From positions 14,680 to 78,679 of the forward strand of contig PBAL01000022.1 of assembly GCA_002715965.1 (NCBI GenBank): DNA of 64,000 bases, in the 5' to 3' direction. Position 1 is the first letter of the stretch. Each line of letters starts with the position of its first letter. The DNA is from Verrucomicrobiales bacterium. GTDB lineage: Bacteria > Verrucomicrobiota > Verrucomicrobiia > Limisphaerales > JAYPXF01. The notes beneath the pieces are model-generated. The model worked only from the letters and a program-made list of their open reading frames with translations, made no database searches and was not told the origin of the DNA. The translations under genes and the position numbers were made by a program. Positions 10,504 through 21,185 of this stretch are shown in pieces.

Positions 10504-12288
10504 ATGGTGACCATTAAAAAGTGGGGACATCTCCTGGTGTTGCTGATCCTCGCCGGTTCCTGGCAGGCGTGCACGCCTCCGGGGCCGAGTGCGTTGCTGC
10601 GCGGTGAGAGCCAGATCAAAGAAGGCGATTACGCGGGCGCCGTTGCTTCACTCACTGAAGCGGTCAAGTTATTGCCCAATCTTCCGCAGGCTTGGAATCA
10701 CCTCGGACTGGCCTACCACTACCAACAGAAATACGCCGAGGCGAGTTCGGCCTATCGCAAGGCGATTGAACTCGACTACAGCCTGGCGCCGGCCCGATCC
10801 AATTACGGTTCGCTGTTGCTACAATTCCAACAGTCCCGCGATGCGGCCAATGAGTTCGCCACCTACACCGAACTGCGACCTGAGGACGCCGGCGGATGGA
10901 TGCGTCGCGGGATGGCCGAATGGCGCGCAAACCAATGGGAAGCCGCGTGCGCCAGTCTAAAGAATGCCCTGCGGATCGATCAGGCCCAAGTGGATGTCTG
11001 GAACGCCTTGGGAATGATCGAACACTACCGGAAGAATCCCAGTGAGGCTCAGCAGGCGTTTCACAGAGGGCTTTCTCACAAATCGGATCACGCGCCTTCC
11101 ATGTACAACCTGGCGCTGGTCTCGCACTTTTATATGCCGCGCCGGCCAGTCGATCATCGCGAGTTTGCCCTGCAGACCTATCGCAACTATCTCGCGCTGC
11201 CGGACCGGCCGCTCTTCACGGATTCCATCCGGGTGATCGCCGACCAGCTCAATCGCGAATTGCATCCGCCACCACCCGCCCCTGCTCCGCCAACTCCCCC
11301 GGTCCAGACCGCGGCCTTGACCTCGCAAAAACCTGAGCCCGAGCCGGAACCTGAACCCGAGCCCTCGCCCGCTCCTTCTCCACAGCCTGATCCGGACCCG
11401 AAGCCCAAGCCCGAGCCCGAACCCAAACCCGAAGCGACCCAGCCCACCGAAGTTGAGAAACCGGGAACCGAGGTCGTGCAGCGGACGGAGACCAAACCCG
11501 CTGCGCCATTGGAAACCGTCAATCCCGCACCACAAAAGCCCGAACCGCCCCCGCCGGCACCGGCAGCACCGGTCGTTGCCAAGGTGGATCCGACTCCCAA
11601 ACCGGAGTTTGTCGAACCCAAGCCCGTGGTGTTCGTTCCCGACCTGAACAAGCTGGAAACGAAGACAGAAGCCCCGATGGCTCCGGTAAGTCCCGCTCCT
11701 GCTCCGGCCCCGGCGACTCAGTTCCAATCGCCATCACCCGCACCGGTCACGCCGACCCGCAGTCGATCGGCCTATCGCGGTCTGCGCTATTCGTATCTCA
11801 GTCCCAAGGCGCCCAGCGCGGGATTCCGCAACAAGGCGATCACTCATTTCGATGCCGGCCGACGCTGGCAACGCATCGGCCGCCATGACGATGCAATCAC
11901 CGCCTATCGCCAGGCCATCAAGTGGGACAGCGCGTTCTTTGAGGCCTATCACAACCTTGGGCTTGCGGCCGCCGGGGCGAACGATTTCCTGCTGGCGGCC
12001 GTGGCGTTTGAAACCGCGCTGTCCCTGAAGCCCGAATCCAGCAAGACCCGCTATCACTTTGCCAATCTGCTCATCGACCGGAGCTACCACCTCGACGGCG
12101 TCAACGAACTGAAGAAGGTCGTGGTTGAAAGTCCGGACGACGCCAGCGCACATCTCCTGTTGGCGAACACGCTCGATCAGAAACTTCACGATCCGGCCGG
12201 CGCGCGTTCGCACTACCAGGAAGTGCTTCGCATTTCACCCAGCCACTCGCAGGGGACGAAGATCCGTTACTGGCTGCGTTCGCACTGA
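10504..12288 (+). CDS. TPR lipoprotein with two TPR blocks joined by a long Pro-rich linker
   Basis: Lipobox-like WQAC, repeated AWNHLG/AYHNLG TPR units, (PE)n/(PK)n/(PA)n linker. Confidence 0.85.
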   Translation: MVTIKKWGHLLVLLILAGSWQACTPPGPSALLRGESQIKEGDYAGAVASLTEAVKLLPNLPQAWNHLGLAYHYQQKYAEASSAYRKAIELDYSLAPARSNYGSLLLQFQQSRDAANEFATYTELRPEDAGGWMRRGMAEWRANQWEAACASLKNALRIDQAQVDVWNALGMIEHYRKNPSEAQQAFHRGLSHKSDHAPSMYNLALVSHFYMPRRPVDHREFALQTYRNYLALPDRPLFTDSIRVIADQLNRELHPPPPAPAPPTPPVQTAALTSQKPEPEPEPEPEPSPAPSPQPDPDPKPKPEPEPKPEATQPTEVEKPGTEVVQRTETKPAAPLETVNPAPQKPEPPPPAPAAPVVAKVDPTPKPEFVEPKPVVFVPDLNKLETKTEAPMAPVSPAPAPAPATQFQSPSPAPVTPTRSRSAYRGLRYSYLSPKAPSAGFRNKAITHFDAGRRWQRIGRHDDAITAYRQAIKWDSAFFEAYHNLGLAAAGANDFLLAAVAFETALSLKPESSKTRYHFANLLIDRSYHLDGVNELKKVVVESPDDASAHLLLANTLDQKLHDPAGARSHYQEVLRISPSHSQGTKIRYWLRSH

Positions 12289-12684
12289 GGATTCTTCCTC
12301 GTGGATGACGGTCAAACCCAACGGCTGACCGGACGATTTGTTTCTCCGTCGTTCTTCAATGTAGTGGGTGTGGAACCGCAACTCGGCCGTCTCCTGGTTG
12401 AAGCCGAACATATTGCGAAGCCACCGCATGTTGCGGTCGTCAGTCACCGCCTATGGCAGCAACGCTTCAACGGAAAACGCGATGACCTGGCCTCGCTCGA
12501 CCGGGAGGCGGGCAGGCTACGTTCGTTTCTGTTGACGGCCTTTCGCAATTACTCGAGCAACGTTCGCGATCGGAAGAGCACGCTCAAACGAGGCGGCCAA
12601 CACGCGCATGTCTCGATCGATCATCTTGAAGCCGAGGAGATGTTCCAGCGGCTTCCCGTGGACTTGTGGTTTCATAAAGTGTGA
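12289..12684 (+). pseudogene. Chimeric remnant: MacB/ADOP-type ABC permease fragment joined to an ECF sigma factor fragment
   Basis: VSPSFFNVVGVEPQLGR...VAVVSHRLWQQRF (permease periplasmic core), then GRLRSFLLTAFRNY...KRGG (verrucomicrobial ECF region 2). Confidence 0.65.
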
Positions 12685-12852
12685 ATCGATTGGATTCTTT
12701 ACCGCGTGGAAAACAGGGATCGCCCAACAAGGGGGGGCAATGGAATTCAACCAAAAGACGTGCAGCTACCTACCCGCTGAAAAATGTGCAGTCAGAGCGC
12801 AATTCTCTGCATGCCCTTGCGGTTCAAACGTTGGCGACAGTCGAGTAGGAAA

Positions 12853-13842
12853 TCAGCCCGGCAACAGGTCCGCAACCATAGCTTTTTCCTCCTTCAGCTC
12901 ATTCACCGAAGCATCGATCTTTTCACGGCTGAATTCGTTGATGGGCACGCCCTGAACGACCTTCCAATCCGTCCCATCAGTGCGAATCGGAAAGGACGAA
13001 ATCAAGCCCTCTTCAACGTCGTAGCTGCCATCCGAGCAAACCGCGACGCTGTTCCAATCGCTGGCCGGCGTGGGTTCGACCAGGTTTCTGACCGTGTCCA
13101 CCACGGCATTGGCCGCGCTCGCGGCACTGGACGCACCGCGGGCCTTGATGATTGCCGCACCCCGTTGCTGGACGGTCTTGATGAATTCGCCCTGGAGCCA
13201 GGCTTCGTCGTCAATGACAGCCGCAGCTGATTCCTCACCAATCTTGGCGTTGTAGAAATCCGGATACTGGGTGGCCGAATGATTGCCCCAGATGGTCAGG
13301 TTGCTCACCTCGGTCACGTCCACCGCGGCCTTCTGCGCGAGCTGCGACTTGGCGCGGTTCTCATCGAGGCGCGTCATGGCGAAGAACTGGTTGCGCGGGA
13401 TGTCCGGCGCGTTGTTCATGGCGATGAGGCAATTGCTGTTGCAGGGATTGCCAACCACCAGGGTGTGGACATCGCTGGCGCCATTGTTCTGAATGGCCTG
13501 TCCCTGGCTGGTGAAGATCTTGCCGTTGATCCCCAGGAGGTCCTGGCGTTCCATCCCCTGCTTGCGGGGAACGCTTCCCACGAGCAAGGCCCAGTTCACG
13601 CCATTGAACCCTTCGTCCAAGCTCGCGGTGGGCACCGTGCCCTTGAGCAGCGGGAACGCGCAGTCGTCGAGTTCCATGCACACGCCTTCGAGGGCTGGCA
13701 AGGCCGGCTCGATTTCGATCAGGTGAAGGATGACGGGTTGATCGGGGCCAAACATGGCACCCGAAGCGATCCGGAACAGGAGCGAATAACCGATTTGGCC
13801 CGCGGCCCCTGTTACGGCCACACGAATAGGATTTGCACTCAT
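12853..13842 (-). CDS. mdh: Malate dehydrogenase (type 2)
   Basis: [36 protein letters not shown]. Confidence 0.97.
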   Translation of the reverse strand: MSANPIRVAVTGAAGQIGYSLLFRIASGAMFGPDQPVILHLIEIEPALPALEGVCMELDDCAFPLLKGTVPTASLDEGFNGVNWALLVGSVPRKQGMERQDLLGINGKIFTSQGQAIQNNGASDVHTLVVGNPCNSNCLIAMNNAPDIPRNQFFAMTRLDENRAKSQLAQKAAVDVTEVSNLTIWGNHSATQYPDFYNAKIGEESAAAVIDDEAWLQGEFIKTVQQRGAAIIKARGASSAASAANAVVDTVRNLVEPTPASDWNSVAVCSDGSYDVEEGLISSFPIRTDGTDWKVVQGVPINEFSREKIDASVNELKEEKAMVADLLPG

Positions 13843-14130
13843 TCTTTAGAGATTTCCCAAAAAGGGACGCGGAGTATGCAAACGCCCGTCAAGCGTGGCA
13901 ACCGGGAATTTGGCTCCAAAACCGGTCCTTCCTGCGCTTTAAATCCTGCCCTGTTCCCCCGCAATCTCGTCCTATCGCGAGGCTGTCACATTGAAAACCC
14001 GAACCGTCGAGAACTGTCCGCAACGGAGTGCGCCCATTGAGCATGATTCCAAGGAATCGGCGTCTTGCTGCTTCCTTGCCGAACGCAGCGGTGTGAAGGA
14101 CCTGCGGCTATGTGAGGTGGAGCGGAGCTG

Positions 14131-14352
14131 GTGCGAGGGCAAATCGGTCTTGTTCACAGCACGATTCGCTCGCTGTTTCATGGAACGCGTAAGAATCGCC
14201 GTTACACCGAACGCTATGAACTCATCCGCGATATCGATCCGAATATGGATGTTCGTCTCCATCCCGACGGCTGTTGGGAATGGGCGTCGGACAAGCCGGA
14301 ATTGCACGCTGCGGTGCGCAGTTACTTCATCGATCGACAGGAAGATTCCTGA
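14131..14352 (+). pseudogene. Probable C-terminal remnant of an uncharacterised protein
   Basis: Protein-like tail FHGTRKNRRY...DGCWEWASDKPELH; in-frame stop just upstream and no clear N-terminus. Confidence 0.4.
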
Positions 14353-14387
14353 ATTCAACAGATTGTCCCCACGCCTTCAGGAAGCTG

Positions 14388-15121
14388 CTAGAGTTCATCG
14401 AGAACGAGCACTTCGTACCGGGCCGGGCGATTGTGTTCGCGTTTGAGCCAGCCGACTTCCAGCGTCTTCCCTTCCAAGGCGGATTGAACACCGGCGGCCA
14501 TTTCGTCGACGGAGATTTCTTCATCAAAAGAACGATCCGTCGTCATCCGCCACCACGCGCGCAGCATCAGGACACCGGCATTCTTGCGGGGTTGTTCCTT
14601 GATGTGATGCGAGTCCAGCCAGCGAATCACTGCTGCCGCGCAATCGGCGTCGGGGGCCATGGCGCCGATTCCGTCGGCGAAGAATTCAAATGCGCCGTCG
14701 TAATGCAGACCCACGAGCACGTCCTCGGCGCGAACGTTGCCCAGTTCGGCGAACAGGATCTCTGTCAGGATACGACGCGGAGAAAAGTTGCTCGAACTGC
14801 TGCTTTACCTTGGGGGCTGAGGTTGTAGCTCACCAATCTCCGCAGCGTGACGTCTTCGGCATCGCGCGTGAAAGGCTCGACATGCGCTGCGTCCACCGCG
14901 ACCTGACGCAGTTTCTCAATGTCCGCCGGATGCCCCAACGCGGCCATGGCCTCGCGGTCGTGAAGTTCGAAGACCTTGGATTGTCCCGTCCCTACGCCCA
15001 TCAGAAGGATGCCGTCTGCCAGAGAAACGGCAAATACCGGGGAACCGCTCTTCAGTTTTTCGGAAACGTATTCCCGTCGGTTCGAAATCGCTTCCAGCCA
15101 GCGGTAAGGCTCTTCCATCAT
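14388..15121 (-). pseudogene. prcA: 20S proteasome alpha subunit with two apparent single-base insertions
   Basis: MMEEPYRWLEAISNRREYV...GSPV...MAALGHPADIEKLRQ...DVTLRRLV; removing one base near 14812-14816 and one near 14768 gives a continuous 243-aa ORF. Confidence 0.75.
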
Positions 15122-15183
15122 GCGCGGCCAAGATAGTCTGGATGCCCAATGGGGACAAGGAACCGGATCAGGCTTCGGCCGGC

Positions 15184-16803
15184 TCAGCGCTTCTTCTTAT
15201 TGCGTGTCGGTCTCTTCCATTCACCGGTGTAGGGCGGTTTGTCGAAGACAGTGACTTCACCGGCAACGCGCGGGTCTTCCACACGTTTCAATTCATCCAT
15301 CAACTGCCGGTTCAATTTACGCTTTATTGCCGCGAACCTGGCGGCACCGGCGACGTTCTTGATCTGCTCGGGATCACTCTTCAGGACATAAAGCTCTTCG
15401 CGCGGTCGTTTGCCGAAGGCGTAGTCGTAGTGCCACTTCCATTTTGGATTCTTGCGATTCTCGATCAGCCAGGCCTTGGTCGGGCTGGCGTCGAGATCGG
15501 CATAGGTCACAAAGGTTTGATGCTCCAGCGTTTTCCAGTCCGGCGCTTTGTTGTCGCTCAGATTGTATGGGTCACCCATCGGCCAGCGATCGGGTTTGAA
15601 GTTGATGATGTAAAGGTGTTCTTTCGTGCGGAGTGCACGTTGCGGATAACCCACGTGCCCCTCACGCGCCATTGACACGTGACGTTCACGGCCGGTGATC
15701 ACCCAGTCCCGGTCTTTTGCGACCCAACCCTGTTTGCGCGACTTCAAAACCTCCACCAGACTGCGTCCGGTCATCACGCTCGGTGGCTTGACTCCGCCCA
15801 TTTCCAAAAAGGTTGGTGCCAGATCCATGATATTCACCAGATCTTCCACCACACGGCCGCCGGGCTTGCCGGGCCATTTGATGGCGAGCGGCACTCCCGT
15901 TCCAAAATCGTAGAGGTTGCATTTACCCCCGGGGAAACCAGGTGCGCCATGATCGCCACTGATCACGATGATTGTGTTGTTCAGTTCACGAAGCTGCTGG
16001 AGTCGCCTGAGAATAATTCCCAGTCCGGCATCAAAAGCCTGCACTTCACCGAGGTAATCCGCGAAGTCCTGCCGCACTTCGTGCACATCTGGAAGAAACG
16101 TCGGCAGTTTGCCCTTCAGCGAATCGGGATCAATATCCCACAATGTTTTCCCGGAGCCCTTGATCCACTTGCGGTGCACCAGTGTCGGTCCGAACCAGTA
16201 ACAGAAGGGTTGGCCCTTCTTCCGGTTGGCGAGGAAGGAATCGAAGTTCTTGGAGACTTCCTCGAAGAGCTTTTGCTTTGCCTGACCGACGGTCATTCCC
16301 CCGTTGATCATTCGGGTTGCGTTTTGGGAGAACTGATTGAAACGCCCGCCGGCAGATTCATAGCCGTGCTTGCCCGCACCGTAGGGGGCATCACGAGGCG
16401 TCCCGGGCGTCCAGACCTTGTAGGTTTCGCCGATATGATATCCGGATTCGGCCAGCAGCAGCGGAAAACTTGGGATCGACATGTCCCATTTGGCGCCTTG
16501 AAGAATGGCTCCGAGCCCGGTCCGGAAGAAATACTGCCCTGAAAGCAGCGAACTCCGGCATGGCGTACAGGACGGGGCGGTAACGAAGGCATTCTTAAAC
16601 AACACGCCTTCGCGAGCAATGCGATCGAAGTTCGGGGTCACCACCACGCTGTTTGGCCCGGCACGTTCTTCATGTTTGGCGTAGGCACTTGCGTAGCGGC
16701 CCCAATCGTCCGCAAAGGCAAACAAGATGTTGGGCCGTTTCTCGGCGCCGATGCAGGAAAAGCACGTGTAAATGAGTAAAAAAGCCAGAATTATGGAATT
16801 CAT
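15184..16803 (-). CDS. Sulfatase (N-sulfoglucosamine sulfohydrolase-like)
   Basis: [28 protein letters not shown]; start MNSIILAF at 16803. Confidence 0.93.
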   Translation of the reverse strand: MNSIILAFLLIYTCFSCIGAEKRPNILFAFADDWGRYASAYAKHEERAGPNSVVVTPNFDRIAREGVLFKNAFVTAPSCTPCRSSLLSGQYFFRTGLGAILQGAKWDMSIPSFPLLLAESGYHIGETYKVWTPGTPRDAPYGAGKHGYESAGGRFNQFSQNATRMINGGMTVGQAKQKLFEEVSKNFDSFLANRKKGQPFCYWFGPTLVHRKWIKGSGKTLWDIDPDSLKGKLPTFLPDVHEVRQDFADYLGEVQAFDAGLGIILRRLQQLRELNNTIIVISGDHGAPGFPGGKCNLYDFGTGVPLAIKWPGKPGGRVVEDLVNIMDLAPTFLEMGGVKPPSVMTGRSLVEVLKSRKQGWVAKDRDWVITGRERHVSMAREGHVGYPQRALRTKEHLYIINFKPDRWPMGDPYNLSDNKAPDWKTLEHQTFVTYADLDASPTKAWLIENRKNPKWKWHYDYAFGKRPREELYVLKSDPEQIKNVAGAARFAAIKRKLNRQLMDELKRVEDPRVAGEVTVFDKPPYTGEWKRPTRNKKKR

Positions 16804-17036
16804 TTCGCCGAGATACCCGATCTCAAGTGGGTTGGCAATCACGCGTATTTGGTCGGTCGTGAGCGATTCTGGCGCGCTCGCGGAAAATTCACGCGATTCG
16901 GCGAATTGGTGCGTGAAAATCATTACGACCGGGGCTTGCGGGTGGTTTATGGCTCCCATGAACTACGTAAATGCGGTCATACGAAGGTTCGTGCCGGGGG
17001 TTGCAAGGCCTTCTCTGGCTCTCGTAAACCATTTGA

Positions 17037-17049
17037 AAACAAGTACTTA
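17037..17049 (+). promoter_or_regulatory. Putative IHF-binding site
   Basis: aaacaagtactta has one mismatch to WATCAANNNNTTR and lies about 50 bp upstream of the sigma54 motif. Confidence 0.45.
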
Positions 17050-17099
17050 CCAATCCGGGAGATACATTGTGAATGGTATCCTGATAAATGTTGGATCAT

Positions 17100-17116
17100 T
17101 TGGCACCATCATTGCT
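17100..17116 (+). promoter_or_regulatory. Sigma54 (-24/-12) promoter of the prepilin gene
   Basis: TTGGCACCATCATTGCT matches TGGCAC-N5-TTGC with GG-N10-GC spacing, 72 bp before the ATG. Confidence 0.8.
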
Positions 17117-17188
17117 TACCTGAGGTATCTACCAGCACGAAAGGCTCTGAACTGAATCAGGCCAACCGCTGGTAATCCTAAGAAAACA

Positions 17189-18136
17189 ATGAAAGCACTG
17201 CGTCAAAAGAAAGTCGGAGCCTTCACCCTCATCGAATTGTTGGTGGTGATCGCTATCATCGCGATCTTGGCGGGCATGCTCCTCCCTGCACTGGCCAAGG
17301 CCAAGGCAAAGGCTGCTCGTATCAAGTGTGTGAACAACCTCAAACAATGCGCGCTGGGTCTGAAGATCTTCGCCAGCGATAACGGTGACCGTTACCCTTA
17401 TCAGGTCATTCCGCCGATCTCCAATGCTCTGGATGCTTCCAGCGTGGCCAACGCCGGTCAGTCACCTCCTACCGTTACCATCGAGCTGACCAACCTCACG
17501 GCAGGCACGACCGCTCAGTTGAACGATCACGCTGTCTGGGCTCACTGGGGTCTCCTCTCCAACGAAATTGGTTCCCCGAAGGTGCTCCTCTGCCCTGGCA
17601 ATCGTGCCAAGAAGAACTGCCTCTCGACCGACTGGTCGGGTGTTGACTTCCGCGGTTTCTACAGCGATCGCGGCTACAACCGCATGGGCCAGGTCAACCA
17701 CGGTAACAACAACATCAACTACAACCGCGAAGTTGGCTTCGACCTCTCGGTCTCCTACTTCCTCACGTTGAACGCTGATGAGACCATCCCCGCCGGCATC
17801 CTCGCTGGTGACTTCAACATGCGCTGGGACGGTCAGGCCACCCTTGGTGACACCTACCGGCAGAATCCCATGACCGCTGGTCTCCAGCTGCTCGGTTCTT
17901 CCGCTGGCAGCAGCACTGCCACTCCGCCACACAACGATGCGAACGCGTTCGTCAATGCCACTTGGGTCGTCGGTGCTGACAACGAAGCCGCCTACTCTCT
18001 CCACGAGAAGGCCGGTAACATCGCCCTCACGGATGGTTCCGTTCAGCAGGTCAATCGTGATCAGCTCCGTCAGCTCCTCCAAGTCTCCTCCAACGCTTGG
18101 GGTCACGGAACGATCTACACGGTTCTGCCTCGCTAA
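17189..18136 (+). CDS. Prepilin-type N-terminal cleavage/methylation protein with C-terminal H-X9-DG motif
   Basis: [30 protein letters not shown]...CVNNLKQ and [12 protein letters not shown]. Confidence 0.93.
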   Translation: MKALRQKKVGAFTLIELLVVIAIIAILAGMLLPALAKAKAKAARIKCVNNLKQCALGLKIFASDNGDRYPYQVIPPISNALDASSVANAGQSPPTVTIELTNLTAGTTAQLNDHAVWAHWGLLSNEIGSPKVLLCPGNRAKKNCLSTDWSGVDFRGFYSDRGYNRMGQVNHGNNNINYNREVGFDLSVSYFLTLNADETIPAGILAGDFNMRWDGQATLGDTYRQNPMTAGLQLLGSSAGSSTATPPHNDANAFVNATWVVGADNEAAYSLHEKAGNIALTDGSVQQVNRDQLRQLLQVSSNAWGHGTIYTVLPR

Positions 18137-18158
18137 TTCGAACAGGACATAGATTCGC

Positions 18159-18189
18159 AAGAGGCGCCTCGCAGAGGCGCCTCTTTTTT
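18159..18189 (+). terminator. Intrinsic terminator of the prepilin gene
   Basis: aagaggcgcctc-gca-gaggcgcctctt followed by a T tract. Confidence 0.88.
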
Positions 18190-18295
18190 GTCCGGACAAG
18201 ATCCTGCGAGAAACGGGATTTCAAGGCGATCATGCCCTCTTTTCAGGCATTCTTTGCTTCACTATTAAAACCCTACCAATTACAAAAACCGGCGC

Positions 18296-18751
18296 GTGTA
18301 TCTGGAATATTACGGTCTAAAAGAGCCGCCCTTTAACATTATTCCCAATCCGCGGCTCTTGTACTTCACCTCGAAGCATCGTGAAGCAATGAACCATATG
18401 CTCTACGGAATTCGGGAGCGGAAGGGCTTTGTCCAGCTCACGGGTGAAGTTGGTGCCGGCAAGACCACGCTTCCGCCCGGGATCACCCCACGGGGGACGA
18501 ACGCGACCCAGGCGCCGTTGACCCGGGTCAAGCATCCGGACTCCAAGACCGGCCAGGGCACGACCATCGAGTTCCCCGATATCGAGCTCAAGGGCATCAT
18601 CATCATGCGGGACAATTCTGCCGCCTTCGTGAACAGCAAGACCCTGAAACTGGGCGACAGGATTCGCGACGCCGAGTTGGTCGAAATCAGCGAACAGTTC
18701 GTGAAATTCAACTACAAGGGAGAGGAAAAGAAATACTACCTCCTCCGTTAG
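18296..18751 (+). pseudogene. In-frame fusion of ExeA/GspA ATPase N-terminus and a GspB-like C-terminal domain
   Basis: MYLEYYGLKEPPF...LTGEVGAGKTTL stops right after Walker A; tail FPDIELKGII...AFVNSKTLKLGDRI...VEISEQFVKF. Confidence 0.7.
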
Positions 18752-18900
18752 GGTGTGTTCGAAAACCTTCCTACTGTCCAATTGATTGAGCTTCTTCTTC
18801 CAGCAGGTCCAGGGAGATCAGCTGATTTTTCATGCTGCATCTGATTTATAATCTGTCGGCGTTCCTGAATCTGCTGGAGATCGAGTTTTCAAACAGACCC
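18751..18900. mobile_element. 150-bp miniature IS remnant (MITE-like, IS5/IS1182-like ends)
   Basis: 16-bp terminal inverted repeats gggtgtgttcgaaaac and gttttcaaacagaccc (14/16); interior reads LIYNLSAFLNLL like a transposase C-terminus. Confidence 0.65.
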
Positions 18901-18905
18901 CGGGA

Positions 18906-19859
18906 TTGACCTCGCGGAAATCCATCCATGTCTCTGGACACACCGACGCGCACCGTCTGATTCACGGCGCGAGCGATGGACACCCCGGCCTCTACATCGA
19001 ACGACTCGGCGATCATCTGCTCGTTCAAAGCGATCGAGATCGTGACGATCGCATCGATGCGTTCATAGAGGAGATCCGCACGCAAAACGGTTGCCGCTCG
19101 GCCTACTGGAAACAACTTCGCCGGGATGTGCGTCACACGACTCCTGAAGACGCATCGCCTCGACACATTGCGGGTGAGCCGGCGCCCAATCGTTTTTCGA
19201 TCCTTGAGAACGGCATCACCTATGAAGCCAGCTTCGAGGAGGGGTATTCATACGGTCTCTTCCTCGACCAGCGCGAGAATCGCGCCCGCCTCGCGGATGG
19301 ACGCGTGGCAAAGCAGCTCCCGGCGGGGGGACATGAACCGGCTCGCCTCCTGAATGCGTTTGCTTATACCTGCGCTTTCTCAGTCTGCGCCGCAAAAGGC
19401 GGCTTCGAAACCACCAGCCTGGATCTGTCTCGGAAGTATCTCAACTGGGGACGAAGGAATTTCGAACTAAACGGGCTCGATCCTGCGCAACACGATTTCA
19501 TATACGGTGACGTGTTCGACTGGTTCAAACGGCTTCGCAACAAAGGCAGGGAGTTCGAAGCGATCGTACTCGATCCCCCCACCTTCTCACGATCAAAGAA
19601 GAAGCAGTTCAAAGCCGGGACCGACTATGGAAAACTGGTGGAACTTACGCTCCCAATTCTGGCGCCTGGAGGACTGCTCTTTGCATCCACAAACTCTGCA
19701 AATTTTTCCAAAGCAAACTTTCTTCAGCAGGTTGAGGACGCAGTGATCGGCAACGGGCGTGAAATCCTGCGTTCCGAATTTGTGTCCCAGCCCCCCGACT
19801 TTCCCATCTCCTCAGCTGAACCCGCTTACCTGAAGACTGTTTGGATCACAGTTGCTTGA
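18906..19859 (+). CDS. RlmI/RlmK-like class I SAM-dependent RNA methyltransferase
   Basis: GLFLDQRENR, LLNAFAYTCAFSV, DLSRKYLNWGRRNF, IVLDPPTF. Confidence 0.9.
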   Translation: MTSRKSIHVSGHTDAHRLIHGASDGHPGLYIERLGDHLLVQSDRDRDDRIDAFIEEIRTQNGCRSAYWKQLRRDVRHTTPEDASPRHIAGEPAPNRFSILENGITYEASFEEGYSYGLFLDQRENRARLADGRVAKQLPAGGHEPARLLNAFAYTCAFSVCAAKGGFETTSLDLSRKYLNWGRRNFELNGLDPAQHDFIYGDVFDWFKRLRNKGREFEAIVLDPPTFSRSKKKQFKAGTDYGKLVELTLPILAPGGLLFASTNSANFSKANFLQQVEDAVIGNGREILRSEFVSQPPDFPISSAEPAYLKTVWITVA

Positions 19860-19964
19860 ACCAGCGCCCGCTACCCCAGGGCGGACGGGCAGCGGGCATT
19901 TGTCCATCTCCGAGAACTCGAAGCCACCTGTTGCACTCGCCTAAAAATCCTTCCCTGATAGTCC

Positions 19965-21131
19965 GTGGTGCCCGAGTCTCCCATCGTGTTCACCGCAAGA
20001 TGCTTTACGTTCTGCTCGTTGCTTATGGCTGCCGGCAATTCTACGGCTGGCGATCCGATTGCTGATTCCCTTGACGGTGTGCTAAAGCCATCAGTCGCGG
20101 TGTTCCTCGAACACCACCACAAGGTGGCGAAATACCGGAACTCGGATTTTCCGATGGAACGGTCGCGCTTCCGTGAATTCCGCAACGACCTCGTAAGTGA
20201 ATTTATCCAAGCGCTCAATCTCGAAGACTGGGTGGTGCGCAATCCGTCCAGCAAAGACAGCCCGATTGCGACCTGGTTTAAGGATAGGGTGGTGGCTCGG
20301 AAGGAAATCCACGGCGTGCGTGTCGAGATTCATGCTGTGACCATCCATCCTTCGGGATTGGTTGTGCCTGCGGTTGTCTGTCTGCCAGCGGGAGACGTAA
20401 AGGTACCGGGAGTCTGCACGTTTTCCGGCCACAGCGGTCGGGGCTTGAATGACATGGTGGTGAATCTCGAGAGCTACCAGCAGGGAATCGCGACTCGTCT
20501 GGCTCAAGCGGGCATTGCCAGCATTGCGGTTGAGAAGATCGACACGGGTTATCTGTCTCGAAACGGAGCGCGAGGCGTCGACGAAAAGGAAATCGCCTCA
20601 CTGCTGCTCGGTCATCGTGAGGTGTTGCGCGCGCATCAGATTCGCGCATGCATTGCGGCCGTCGAGATTCTTGCCGCGCATCCGCGCGTGGATGAAACCC
20701 GCATCGGCGCCACCGGGGTGTCACTGGGCGGATGGCTGACGATCCAGACTGCAATGTTCAACGATCGTATCAAGGCCGTCGCAGATTTTGGTCGCAAGAC
20801 GAGAACGATATCGACCGAGATGACTCCGGCGAAATATCGCGGGCAGGGCGATCTGTGCCACATCATTCCCGGGATACTCGCCTTGTGTGGACGAAACATT
20901 CATCCGCTCGCTCTCGCGCCCATGCCCATGCTCGCCGGTCATGGAATCAAGGACACCGGCTCACACGCGGAACATCTGGAGAACTACCGCCAGCTGGGCG
21001 AAGCGCAATACCAGCGGCTGGGTGCTCGCGACAACTACACCTACCTGGTACACGCAGGTGGCGACACGATGCCCGCACAGGAAACCATTGCCTGGTTCAG
21101 GAAACAGTTTGGGATGGGCGAAGAAAAATAG
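19965..21131 (+). CDS. Secreted alpha/beta hydrolase (dienelactone hydrolase / esterase-like)
   Basis: VDETRIGATGVSLGG nucleophile elbow; signal-like N-terminus. Confidence 0.75.
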   Translation: MVPESPIVFTARCFTFCSLLMAAGNSTAGDPIADSLDGVLKPSVAVFLEHHHKVAKYRNSDFPMERSRFREFRNDLVSEFIQALNLEDWVVRNPSSKDSPIATWFKDRVVARKEIHGVRVEIHAVTIHPSGLVVPAVVCLPAGDVKVPGVCTFSGHSGRGLNDMVVNLESYQQGIATRLAQAGIASIAVEKIDTGYLSRNGARGVDEKEIASLLLGHREVLRAHQIRACIAAVEILAAHPRVDETRIGATGVSLGGWLTIQTAMFNDRIKAVADFGRKTRTISTEMTPAKYRGQGDLCHIIPGILALCGRNIHPLALAPMPMLAGHGIKDTGSHAEHLENYRQLGEAQYQRLGARDNYTYLVHAGGDTMPAQETIAWFRKQFGMGEEK

Positions 21132-21185
21132 CGGCATCTCTCGATGCCGCCATTTGCTTCAACGTCTCCAACCTGATTTAAGCGC

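Noticed and set aside
11270-11760. Short tandem repeats that could suggest CRISPR or a VNTR
   Set aside because: They are degenerate codons of a Pro-rich linker with no constant repeat or spacers
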